A stretch of 52,956 nt of DNA, the filler included, from Bipalium vagum (Eukaryota), in the NCBI GenBank assembly GCA_037834085.1. It is 3 parts of 3 records of this genome, joined end to end, with 100 filler letters (N's around TTAATTAATTAA, not from the genome) between each part and the next. Parts side by side here need not be neighbours in the genome. Positions count along the whole stretch, not along the records: positions 19,862 to 35,395 come from JBBMKC010161280.1; 2 more parts are not named here. One strand, 5' to 3'. The notes under the pieces were generated by a model, which made no database searches, was not told the DNA's origin, and saw nothing but the letters and a program-made list of their open reading frames with translations. This document shows, piece after piece, positions 24,401-35,495 of the stretch. A program made the position numbers and the translations under genes. Numbering within the stretch: the first letter of the stretch is position 1; every line of letters begins with the position of its first letter.

Positions 24401-27400
24401 GTCACATGTGTTTGTATGCGACCATTTTTTTTCGTATACACTCTTTATAATTAATTTAAATAATAATAATTTATATATTTATTTTCAAAATATTGAATGA
24501 GAATGTTTTAATTGATTATTTATTTCTGGCAATTTATTTTGTTTTAAAAGTACTTAATTAAAAAAAATCTATTTGAATTTAATTTAAAACTATTTTATAA
24601 TGATAATTGAAATTTTAAATTGCTTCCGATTTGTTTCAATTATTTATTATTTCAAAGCCATTTAAAACAACCAATTGCCTTTTCCAAATAAATGGGAATT
24701 AATTCAATTTTAATAACTTAAAGCTAACTGAAATTACAACTGAAAATAATCTTTTCATTAGAAAAGTATTAATTAATAATTAAATTTTATTAAAACTTTT
24801 AAATAGTTATATTTTGACTAATGATTACATTATATACCATTAACATTTTTTAACCTTTTAATATTTGTAATGTATCTTAAAAATATAAATGTACATAAAA
24901 ACAATATATAAGAATAAAAATAATATAATAATAATATTTAATGAATATAAAAATTAATTAATTATATTATAAAATAATATAATATATTATCAATTTTATA
25001 ATATAGTTACTCCATGCCATAAAAAGTAGATTAATGGATTTTTAATGGATTGTTTTACATAATTAATTTTGTTTATTTTATTGCTAATCTTTAGAATTTA
25101 GAAATGTCAAATCTTTCGGAATCATAAATTTTTATTATTACTGAATTATGAAAGGTTATTGGTAAAAATGGGAAATGTGGAACCGAATATGCTACGGTCG
25201 AAGATTTATGCCAGTCTTTCAATGTCAACAAAAACTATGCCAGAAAATTGTGAAATCAGTTTTTTGAACATGGTGTGTTGGATAGGAAGCAATGACCTGG
25301 AAGACATTATGTAGAAAATTTTGAAGTGTTGACAAGCAGCCGTGTCAGCAAAAATTTGTAAATGCCAGTCTAATACCAACTCCGATATTTGAAATGCGTC
25401 TCAAATCCCCAGTAGTAGAAAATATGCCATCTAATAACAGATGTTCATGAACATAAAAGGTTGCAGTGGTGCTGACAACACCGGAATAACAAATCGGACG
25501 AATGGGTGAATATTGATGAAAAATGGTTCCAGCTACATTCGTTCAATCGCGAAAATAATCGTGACAGTAGTCCCACATAGAAAGTTCTTGTAATAAGGAA
25601 GACAAGTATCAAAAAAATAATGGTACTAACCTCTGCTGCAAAACCGAATTCGGAATAAAAGTTTAACGGTCTCCCTGAAATATGGAGAATTCATTCGGAT
25701 TACCTAGCACAGCGATCGTCAAAAAATCACAAAAATGGTGAACTATACAAAGTTAATTAAAAAATAACTCTTTTTTAAACCTGTAATCTGCAACAAAATG
25801 TACTGGTCAAACAGTTTCCATCCAAAAGGATAATACCCGTCCATGTTTTGGTACAAACAATGTGGAAAAATTAAATGATTTAGGTGAAAACCCTAATCCA
25901 ATAATCACTGTTATGAATCAGCCGACCAAATTTCGTGATTTAAACATCAATGACCTTGCATTCTTCAATTCTTCGAATAAACGATACCAAAAATCTACGT
26001 CTAATGACATATTGCTCCACTCGAAAGGAGCTGCTGTTGATATTACTCATCATTGATAAATATTAGCATTTTATAATTTATATAGTTGTAAAATATAAAT
26101 TTTCTTGATTTCCTTTTTTATTATAAATCCACTCCTTATGGCATGGAGCAATGATACAATATTAATAATAGTCATAATAATATTATTATTACTATGACTT
26201 AATAATAATAAGAATAATTGATAGATTGAATACTATTAATAAATAAAAAGAAAATTACTAATAATAAAATTGTTAAAAATATTATATTTGTACAAAATAA
26301 AAATAATATTTATAAAAATAAATTTTAATTTAATTTTCTTTACTCTCATTCATAACCCTTTAGAGATAATCCATTTTAATAATCACTTTTATCACTCGTG
26401 TATTGATACTCGAATATAAAATATGTGGTAAAAGTTGAGGTTTCATTGTTTATCATCTATGTATTTTAATATATAGACTGATGGGCACAGCAGAAGTTTC
26501 CCTACGTGATCTTGCTGGGGGAAAACAAGAAGTACAACTGAACCTGAATTTAGTTGATAAAAACAAAAGACCAACTACAGTATTACTCTTTTATGAAAAC
26601 ACAGGTATCTGTAATATTTATGTACTTTAGGGAAATCTAAATATAAAACTTCAATATAAAGCTCCAAAATCGACCTCGGGAGCAATGTCACAAGGTGGAG
26701 CACAGCAAAATGGTAAAATATATTTTTAAAAATAAACTATTACTGATAAAATACGTAATTAGATTAAAACTGTAAAAATTGGTGAATTATTTGATGAAAT
26801 ATTCATATTTTAGATGTGGATACCGAGGATGATAGTGATCCAAATGATCCAGGTGTGAAGCATGGCAAATCTAAATGTGGTAAAAGAACAACTCGAAAAC
26901 TATATTCTACTAAGCCTCAAGACTTTCAAGTTTTATTTTAAAGGGTTCTTCTTAGTATTAATGTTCCATGATAGGTAAGAGTTAAGGTGATTGAAGCTCG
27001 TCAATTGCAAGGAGGAAATATATCTCCTGTTTGCAAGGTTAAATGCAAAAATCAAACTAAGCAGACAAAAGTGAAATATTCAACAGGCTGTCCCGTGTGG
27101 AATTCCAGTTTTTTCTTTAACTTTAATATCTCAGCTAACGACCTGTTGGATGAGTTTATTTCATTTGAGATTTTTAATTCAAGAAAATTGCGATCAGATT
27201 CATTGATCGGATCATTTAAATTTGACTTAGCAATGGTCTATGAAGAACCATACCATGCTTTCATCAACAAATGGTTATTATTATCTGACCCAGAAGATAT
27301 AAGTGCAGGAGCTAAAGGGTATTTAAAATTTTCTGTTGCTATTGTGGGATCTGGAGACGATGCACCGGTAAGAACACTGTCCTTTAAATCAGAAGATAAA

Positions 27401-30400
27401 CATTATTCATAAAAAGTATTTAGCTATGAAAATGCATTCAAATTTTTTGCTTAAACTAAGTCTAGCATTTATTTTTGTTAATAATTTCTGTTAATATTTA
27501 AATTTAATTTATATAAGCCTTATAATTAATATTTTGAAAAAAAGGTTAAATAAATGAAAAATAACTGAATAGAAAATTTTTTATTGGTGTAATTTTAATC
27601 TCTTTTTTATCTAATATTATTTTATAATTTATATTATATAATTTTATTTTTATATTAATAAATATTGTCAATTATAATATTTGATCAGGTGATCAAGAAA
27701 TTTCGTGCGGATTTTTTATATATGTGGCTTAAATATGTATAATTTACCGTCTTTTTATTTTAAAAATGAAATATGGTTTGACAATGAATTTATTAATTTT
27801 CTTTGAATTGATCAATTTCTATAAAAATTTATACATTTTAATCAAATCCAGAATGCTTATTGATAAAAATTTAATTAGACGATGTTTTATGAATTCCAAC
27901 TGGGATCTAAAGCTTCGAAATCATGAAATCGATTTTTCGATATGAAACAGATTAAAAAAAGATCTTGAATTCTGGATTGAAAATGATTCACGAAAATCTG
28001 GTGGAAGAATACGTTAAAACAACAAAAAGCTGCAAGCTTTGAAGAAAGGTTGAGACTAATTTTTGGCAGACCAAAACAGATATCAGATTTAGAAGAAATG
28101 TTAAAGAATAGGAGAAGAGGATCTTAAAATATAATTTTGAAGAACCTGCAGTCAGACTAGTGGATTTTTTAGTGGTGGAAACAATGATACCAGGGGTTAT
28201 TGGAGAGATTTATATGCAGATGCAAATTGGGCTTAGCTTGTAATGGGGAGAGTCAGGCACAGAAGTGGAAATTTCAAGAAGAAAGTGGACATTTGCATTA
28301 TCAGATCAATTTGGAGATTTAATTCCATCAGGAGAACAATTCAAAAGAGCAATAGAATTACTTAAAGCCAAAGGAGATCAGAAATTAATGTTAATTTTAA
28401 AGAAATACGACGATGCATTTATGGCTAAAATCACAGATTTTGGATGCACCAGGTGGATCAGACTAAAACTCTTAACAAAAGGAGAGTCAATTCATGTCAA
28501 GCCATGACGTCAACTTTTACATCTAGAAGAAAAGATCAACAAAAAGAGTTCAAATTGGTTTGAAAACAACATTATTAGACTTTGCAACTCTCCTTGGAAC
28601 TCACCAATGGTTGTTATATGCAAAAACGAGATACCTGGATTTCAGGAAATTGAATACTTTTACAATGACACCAATTTTTCCGATGTTGAACACGGAGGAA
28701 ATGCTTGATATTCTTGGAGATACCAAGTAAATAAATCTCAGCAATGCATGTTATCAAAAATAGTTTGAGGAAAGTTCATTGGACAAGACTGCGTTTGCAA
28801 CCAAGAATAGTGAAAATTGTTTCAACAGAATGCTAAAGCTGATGCACAAGGGACGTTACAGGAACTCACGGTGAAGGTAGTGGTGGGTATTCATGAAGCA
28901 ATGAAATATTTAGACAATATTCTGATTTTCACGAGTGACAAAGTAACGCACTACGAAATATTGGAGAGAGTGATAAAAATATTCAAGAAGCCGATCTGCG
29001 ACTCAATCGGAAATAAGTCACTTGTTTCAAAAAGAAATCAGATATCTTTCATATATCATCAGTTTGGAGGGTGTTCGAAGAGATCCAACAAAGATAGCTG
29101 CTATGATGTCATTCAAAAAAATTAGTTGTGCGAAGAATCTGCACAGTTTTCTAGTTATATGCCATTATTAATGCAGATTCATTTATAATTGAATCAAGAA
29201 AACAAGAAAGTTGGACCAAATGCCCGGTCGTTAGAAAAAAATCTAATACATTAATATCATTACAGTATTCATCCAAAAATTCTTCGTAGCTAAAATCTTC
29301 TATAAGTCCATTATAGTCATTTTCTCCGGTACCTCATTCTAAAATATTAGGCGTAGTTGCAAAATTTTCTGGACATAGTGCATTTATTAATGTTCCCATT
29401 TCATCTACATCGTAGAATTGATCATTTGATTTAATGAAAATAAATGCTTAAAAGCATTTTCTTTAATAATTTCACGAATTTATTCCACGATTCCAACTTA
29501 TAGACTTGTCAACATTATATTTCATCATAAAACTTTTACTTTTCTCGTTTTCAATTTCCTATGGGATATCAATCTTCTTTAAAATTGTAACTTTCTCATA
29601 TTATTTTATATAAAATTGTAAATAACTTTATAAATATTAATATTAAAAGAACTTTTAAATCAGAATAATTAATATTAATTAATTAAATCGTATTACAAAT
29701 TTATATGTTTTTGATTATATCAAAATTTTTTACATATGAATAATTCAGTAAATCGAAGGTGACTTTATCGAAAATTTTCTTTTATCGAACTATAAATATT
29801 TATTCGGGGTTTTATTTTAAACAATTTGACAAAAATCAAAAAATAATAATATAATTATGTATTCTAATTTTATTATTTTATCTCAATGTAATTTAATAAA
29901 ATTTTCTAATATTTGTATATTTTGAAAAAGTTTTCATTTATCAGAGTTTCTCAGGCCCTGCAAAAGATGAAGGTGATGAAATTGAAAGGTTAATTGATAA
30001 TTGAAAAGGTCTCTCTATATATCTTTTTCATTATCTACAGCAATTTGATACGACCAGCTGGAATTCAATTAAGACCAGCAATTTTTATTTTGAAAGTATA
30101 CCAGGCAGAAGATTTACCGATGAGTCCGATTGATTTAAATTTATAAACAATATTAAATTCTCGTGTCATTTAGTGGACAGTGCTGCATTGGAAGACCTTA
30201 AGCAGATGTTTACAGGATCATCAAATAAGGAATTGGTGGATCCTTACTTGAAGGCTTCTTTTGCTGGAAAAGAAGTAAATATTTTATAAGTAGAAATGCT
30301 TATTTAAATTAAAAATAAAAATAGATAAAAACAAGTACAAAGTTCACTAATGATCATCCGATTTGGAATGAGGAATTGAGAATACCATTACAAGTTGTGT

Positions 30401-33400
30401 TTTATCTCTATGGATTTTTAATTGAACAAATTACCATAATTATTATTATAAAATCCCAATAGATTTTTTTATTAATTATTTCCTCCACAAAAACAATTAT
30501 TATTTATCAATTATCAATTTTTTTAACATAAACCCAATGAAAGTTTTTTTGGGAAGGAAAAACACCAAATAAGAAATATTTACTAGCAGTAGTTCTTGGA
30601 AATTTTAAATATTTTTATTAATTATTATTTTTTTTATTTTATTATTATTATTACTAAATTATTTTTAAATTTCTAAGTAATAAAAATAAATAATGATAGG
30701 GAATTGATTAATAAATAAAGGGTTTGACTTCACAAAGATTACATTTTATTAAATGCTTATCTGGCGTTAACCAGAATTTTTGCTATTATATTGTCTTATT
30801 TTCTGAATTTTGTAAACCAATTAATAATTAATATTCAATTAATTATAATTTTACAGTTTCCATCCATGTGCGACACGTTAAAATTACAATTATATGACTG
30901 GTAAGTTATGTTTTCATTTACCTCAAAATTATCTTCTCAGTTATACTGAATTCACTTTCAATTCTTTAGGATACCATTTTTTACAATTAAATGTCTTTTT
31001 ATAATAAATTTAATTTAAAGTTTGTTGAGAGAAGAGAAATAAATCATCTAATTAATTAATAATATTAATTTAATAATTTTCTAAATAAATTTTCTAAAGT
31101 TAATTTTATTAATTGTTATATAAGCTAGATTAATAATGCAAACATCAGTGTTTTCTATATTCTTTGTATTTCAAGACAACATTTCAAGAAAATTCATTAT
31201 GTACACTGAAACTTAATTTATTCAAAAAAATTCACAGATGATTTTTTATTTGACTTATAAAAAATGTCAAAATTATAACTATTTAAATCTCTTTGTTTTT
31301 TACAAAACTTCAATTTGTATATTTTTATTATTTTGATAGATAATTTTCAAATGATACAAAAGTAATTCACATATTTTATTATGTTTAACTAGATAAAAAA
31401 ATTAACTATGATTAAATTATTATATATATAAAGTTTTGTTTTAAGGTATCAATTTAATATATCCTATTAAAAACTTTTTATTTCTTAAATGTTTTATTAT
31501 TTCACTATTATAAACTATTTTAGTTAATAATTTTATTCTTCTGTTTAATAAAGGAATTTACTTTATTGGACATTTCAAAGACCATATTGCTAGGATTATA
31601 TAATTATTGATTTTGAGTTATGAATTGTAATTTTTTTCAAGGGATAATCTAGGTGACGATGATGCCATAGGAACATTTATGGTTTCCATCTCTCAATTGA
31701 CTTCTTCATCAGAAGATGGTTAGTCTTTGTAAAATAAGAAATGGCAAAGGTTTGCATGGTACAACAATGAATAATTATTACTAAAAAGTATAACTTTTCA
31801 TTATTTCTTAAATACTATTTTCTTATCACGTTTTATGAACTACGTATAATTTAAGGTTTTCTACCAACTCTGGGACCGTGTTTTCTGAATTTTTATGGAA
31901 GTCCACGTGAATTTTCAGATTTGCTAGACAAATATGAACCTCTCAATTTGGGAAAGGGAGATGGATGTGCATACAGAGGTAGAGTATTACTTGAATTGAC
32001 TACACAGTTGAACGAAACTCCCGATGCTACTGTTTCCATGCATCAGATGTCAGAGGAGCAAGTGAAAAAGATTTCAGTAAAAATTATTGATAACTCTTAA
32101 TGTTATTTGAAATATTATCAAGAAATGTCTTCGTCGAAGAAAATATCGCATTAATTCTGCATTTATGTCAGCCTCCATGATTAGAATTTCAGATACTCCC
32201 ATTGAATTTGAAGTCAGCATGGGTAATTACGGAAACAAATTGGACGATACAGTTCCAGCAAGTAGTTCGTGTACCCAACCAACCAACGGGATTTTCGATG
32301 GATCATATTACTATTTCCTTCCATGGGGCGATACGAAACCGTGCTCGGTTGTTGATTGTCACTGGGAAGATATATCTTGGAGGCTCTTTACTGTTAATTT
32401 TTTCATCCATATAGCAGACAGATTGGTTTAATTCATTTATTGTAAGATCTTATGTCACAATTAATTGTTTTTAGACTAAGAACATTGAAAAAATTAAAAT
32501 TGCACAGGGTGCAAATCTTAGTGATCAAGATCAAGCCAACTGTGTCATCAATGCTTTTGACGATTTGATCATTGACTTGGGGTAAATTTATCTTTTGTAA
32601 CAGAGGTCATATTGGGTTGGCAAGAAAATAATTGCCGATTTTAAATTAAATCATTTATTATTATTAATTTCACTTTTGCTCTATTTTAACTAAGTAGATC
32701 ATTTTTTTAAAACAATATTAAAAGATGGTCTATGTATTCCAATTTTAATCTATTAATTTCATAGATTGGTTTTTTTTCAGTCTTACTTAGGAGTATCATT
32801 TAAGACATATTTACTTTTCTATTATCAGAAATGAAGAAATGTATCTCGAGGTTGCCAAAATAAATTGAATAATTTGGCAAGAATATCTTAAAAGAAAGAA
32901 GAGTTGATTAGACGAATTCCTAACAGATGATTTTTGACTCAAAGATAAACAGCGACCTGACGGACTATTAGATGTTAAACAACGAAATCAAACCTTCATC
33001 AGTAAGGATCGTCACAAACCAACGCTTTACTTCTTTACAACGCAAAGAAGAAAATAATTATTTCTGATATTTATATTGATCACTTGACAAAATTGAACAC
33101 GAAATCAAAATAAAACACCCAAAATCGTAAAGGGGTTGTTTTCATCATTTGCAAAACTACACACATCTTTGCCCACCATGGAAAAAATTTTAAATGTTGA
33201 CTTGGTGGTATGGCCACATCAATATGAATCCTAGATATCGCCACTAATGAATGTCATTTGTTTCGCTATATGCAAAAAATATTGAATGGAAAAACTTACT
33301 AATGGTGACATCAATTCAGATTGTTGCAGTTTTTACAGATAAACCGACCAGGATTTAAGGAAAAGAAATTTTTATCCTCCCTGGAAGATGGCAACATGTG

Positions 33401-35264
33401 GTTGATAATAATGGTTAATTTATGATTTAATAAAAATATATTGATTTATATAATTTCTGGTTTTTGTTTTTTAAAAAAAAAATAGTACCTTAACTACTGT
33501 TGGGATCCATAGAAAAAGAAGTCCCAGCACCAATCAGCAACAATTCTAAACCCACAAAGGAGCCTAAAGAGCAAGAGCTTATGGAGGCTGATTCTCCAAA
33601 GCTCATTATCGACAATTGTGAAACATTCTAATTACATTTTGATTTTGAAATTCTTAAGAATAAGTAATTAAAAAGTTATGTTAATATCATTTGTTTAACA
33701 GAATTAACGTGTCGTAAGCCATTCAAAATACCAAAGAAATCCGTTGTTATGAAATTTTATTTCATGAAAGGGAAAATGCCAGTCATAAAATTGGCAGTCA
33801 AAAATTTTTGGAATGGTGAATATGGAAAGGTTTAATAAGAAATAAAACAATAATCATAAAATACGTTATTTTAATACTTTTTTTATCTAATACAATTAAT
33901 AATAAAGTAATAAAATCGCATATGTTTAAATAAATATTTAAATATGACAAAAAAATCGGAAAATATAAATTTATCAACAGAAAACTGTCGAGAAATGATT
34001 TTATATGGTATTTGATGAGGATTAACACAGCACCAATGTCTCGATCGCCTAAATTTTGCATTTCCTGATGATGCTCCATCAAAATCTACAGTTTAGCGAT
34101 GGTTTCGTGAATTTAGGTCTTGACGCGTCTCTTTGGGTGATCATGATGGCAGAAAGTCGTGCAAAACAACCATCCGATATAAATATTGAAGTTCTGAAAT
34201 TAATTGAATAAGATCGTCGGACAGTATATATTGAAATTCAGACATCATTGAACATTTCTTGGACTTCAGTTCATTCTTTTTTCCATGAACACTTGGGTGT
34301 CAGCAAGCGATGTTCTTGTTGGATACCGCTTCTCTAGACAATTGATCAAAAAAGAGTTCACGTTAATTATTGCAAAACTAAGGTCAATATATTTAAGCAG
34401 GGAACCTCAAAACATGTATGTGACCAGGAACAAAGCGGTAGTCAACCGTTTTGGGTGTTTCAGGGAGAACACTTCCAAGCAAATGGTTGCCTGTTTCGTT
34501 GCCAAATTATGTAAAAATTTTAATTAAAACGTTATTTAACATTTTTAGAAACCTTAAAAATTAATTTTAATTTTAAATTAATTTTAAAAATGTCAGTTAT
34601 GAAAGTATTCTGCCAGTTGATTTCTTTATAATAATTGACTTTTAATTTTCCCGTTTTCTCCAAGTAAGCCTATGCCTGTTTGGGAGCCAGGTCAAAGTCC
34701 TCAGACTGAATTGGATAAATATTTAAAAGTTATTCGTGAGCATGAGGTCAATCAAATAATGACAGAAGCAATTAGAATTAGAAAAGAGGTTACTGACGTT
34801 TCTCAAGCTATTCAAGATTTAGAAGCATTTTTGTGTCAGTTACAAAATCTAACTACTGAAGTAAGTAAAAATTAATCGACTTCCCTTTACTTGAAATAAA
34901 AACCAACTTAGCCACAAGATAGTATGCCAGATGTAATAATATGGATGTTAACTGGAGGTAGGAGAAAGCATTTTGTGAGAATTCCTGCACATGATTTATT
35001 GTGGAGTGATAATTCGGATTATCGAGGTCGCTTTTGTGGAGTATTGCAAAATTTGTCTATGAAAGTTGGATATATTTTCTATTAAAATAATTTTCATGAT
35101 AACTTATATGTCTCTAGTCTCCTATTCTTATTGAAGAGAAGGATGATAAAGACCTTCTGATATCCTGTCAACTGAGAGTAAAAATATGGTTGGGTCAGGA
35201 AAAGGAAGAACATCATTGGCATGAAATGCAAAAAGAGGGTCAACTAACTGTGACGGCGGAAACA
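21378..35264 (+). CDS. Type-I ferlin (myoferlin/dysferlin-like), 5' part; 19 exons, 828 codons, truncated by assembly gap
   Basis: Hand-spliced GT-AG exons keep one open frame: 21378-21474, 22914-22969, 23023-23114, 26477-26579, 26631-26712, 26814-26929, 26975-27367, 29945-29988, 30041-30123, 30174-30274, 30325-30393, 30857-30900, 31642-31718, 31856-32076, 32123-32425, 32475-32581, 34665-34860, 34912-35064, 35118-35264. Ferlin motifs: [37 protein letters not shown] (FerI), [44 protein letters not shown] (FerB). Confidence 0.95.
21831..22782 (-). mobile_element. mariner relic in ferlin intron 1
   Basis: TA-flanked TIRs TTGGTTGACAAGAAATAAATTGACGGATT / AATCGACAATTATCTTTTTGCCAATCCAA; FHHDNAKPH. 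Confidence 0.8.
22914..22969 (+). CDS. ferlin exon 2 (C2A)
   Basis: ttcag|; [19 protein letters not shown]; donor GTATAA. Confidence 0.9.
23023..23114 (+). CDS. ferlin exon 3 (C2A)
   Basis: ctaac branch point then tag|; [30 protein letters not shown]; donor GTGAGC. Confidence 0.9.
23536..24445 (-). mobile_element. DD37E (ITmD37E/TRT-like) transposon, internally deleted, in ferlin intron 3
   Basis: TIRs AAGGGTGTTTACGAAAAAAACTGG / inverted ACCATTTTTTTTCGTATACACTCTT; [47 protein letters not shown]. Confidence 0.88.
25010..26148 (+). mobile_element. DD39D (plant-mariner/Stowaway-type) transposon relic in ferlin intron 3
   Basis: TIRs CTCCATGCCATAAAAAGTAGATT / AATCCACTCCTTATGGCATGGAG; [22 protein letters not shown]...[28 protein letters not shown]. 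Confidence 0.8.
26477..26579 (+). CDS. ferlin exon 4 (C2A end)
   Basis: [34 protein letters not shown]; phase-compatible with neighbours. Confidence 0.88.
26631..26712 (+). CDS. ferlin exon 5
   Basis: [27 protein letters not shown]. Confidence 0.82.
26814..26929 (+). CDS. ferlin exon 6 (linker into C2B)
   Basis: [14 protein letters not shown]...STKPQDFQ. Confidence 0.85.
26975..27367 (+). CDS. ferlin exon 7 (C2B + FerI)
   Basis: Overlaps ORF 26987-27412; [22 protein letters not shown]...PVWN...[10 protein letters not shown]...[10 protein letters not shown]; donor GTAAGA. Confidence 0.95.
27900..29210 (+). mobile_element. Ty3/Gypsy retrotransposon RT relic in ferlin intron 7
   Basis: [38 protein letters not shown]; stops and frameshifts. 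Confidence 0.85.
29945..29988 (+). CDS. ferlin exon 8
   Basis: [15 protein letters not shown]. Confidence 0.8.
30041..30123 (+). CDS. ferlin exon 9 (C2C start)
   Basis: [27 protein letters not shown]. Confidence 0.9.
30174..30274 (+). CDS. ferlin exon 10 (C2C)
   Basis: [34 protein letters not shown]. Confidence 0.92.
30325..30393 (+). CDS. ferlin exon 11 (C2C)
   Basis: [23 protein letters not shown]. Confidence 0.9.
30857..30900 (+). CDS. ferlin exon 12 (C2C)
   Basis: [15 protein letters not shown]; donor GTAAGT. Confidence 0.92.
31642..31718 (+). CDS. ferlin exon 13 (C2C)
   Basis: [25 protein letters not shown]; AAG acceptor. Confidence 0.88.
31856..32076 (+). CDS. ferlin exon 14
   Basis: [48 protein letters not shown]. 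Confidence 0.95.
32123..32425 (+). CDS. ferlin exon 15
   Basis: [20 protein letters not shown]...[13 protein letters not shown]...[16 protein letters not shown]...WEDISWRL (ORF 32165-32431). Confidence 0.95.
32475..32581 (+). CDS. ferlin exon 16 (FerA region)
   Basis: [35 protein letters not shown]. Confidence 0.85.
32612..33480 (+). mobile_element. mariner relic in ferlin intron 16 (same family as 21831-22782)
   Basis: TIR TTGGGTTGGCAAGAAAATAATTGCCGATT; RKGVVFH.., [14 protein letters not shown]. Confidence 0.75.
33960..34520 (+). mobile_element. mariner relic
   Basis: [17 protein letters not shown]...[15 protein letters not shown]. Confidence 0.75.
34665..34860 (+). CDS. ferlin exon 17 (FerA)
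   Basis: [21 protein letters not shown]...[13 protein letters not shown]; donor GTAAGT (ORF 34672-34875). Confidence 0.92.
34912..35064 (+). CDS. ferlin exon 18 (FerB)
   Basis: [32 protein letters not shown]...GRFCG. Confidence 0.94.
35118..35264 (+). CDS. ferlin exon 19 (FerB end, just before DysF)
   Basis: [14 protein letters not shown]...GQLTVTAET; in type-I ferlins YENQ (DysF) follows. Confidence 0.9.
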
Positions 35265-35323
35265 GTAAAGATTATTTATAAAATTACAAAACGTTTTATA
35301 AATTAAAATCTCAAGTTTAAATA

Positions 35324-35395
35324 TTAGGTGTACAAGTTGAAAGTGACGTTTTCATAAATGATAATGTCATTTATTAAGATAAGATGTTTTAGTAA
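35324..35395 (+). mobile_element. Mos1-like mariner TIR at contig end
   Basis: TA|TTAGGTGTACAAGTTGAAAGTGACGTT resembles the Mos1 TIR (recalled). Confidence 0.6.
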
Positions 35396-35495
35396 NNNNN
35401 NNNNNNNNNNNNNNNNNNNNNNNNNNNNNNNNNNNNNNNTTAATTAATTAANNNNNNNNNNNNNNNNNNNNNNNNNNNNNNNNNNNNNNNNNNNN
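35396..35495. other. Artificial contig linker N44-TTAATTAATTAA-N44
   Basis: spacer at 35440-35451. Confidence 0.95.

Noticed and set aside
33500-33630. Short open frame [33 protein letters not shown] as an alternative ferlin exon
   Set aside because: Exons 16 and 17 already join in frame with ferlin-like continuity, and there are no convincing splice sites; likely TE debris.
21378-35264. Alternative genetic code or stop-codon readthrough to explain the short ORFs
   Set aside because: All 828 ferlin and ~434 calsyntenin codons read without internal stops in the standard code once introns are removed.
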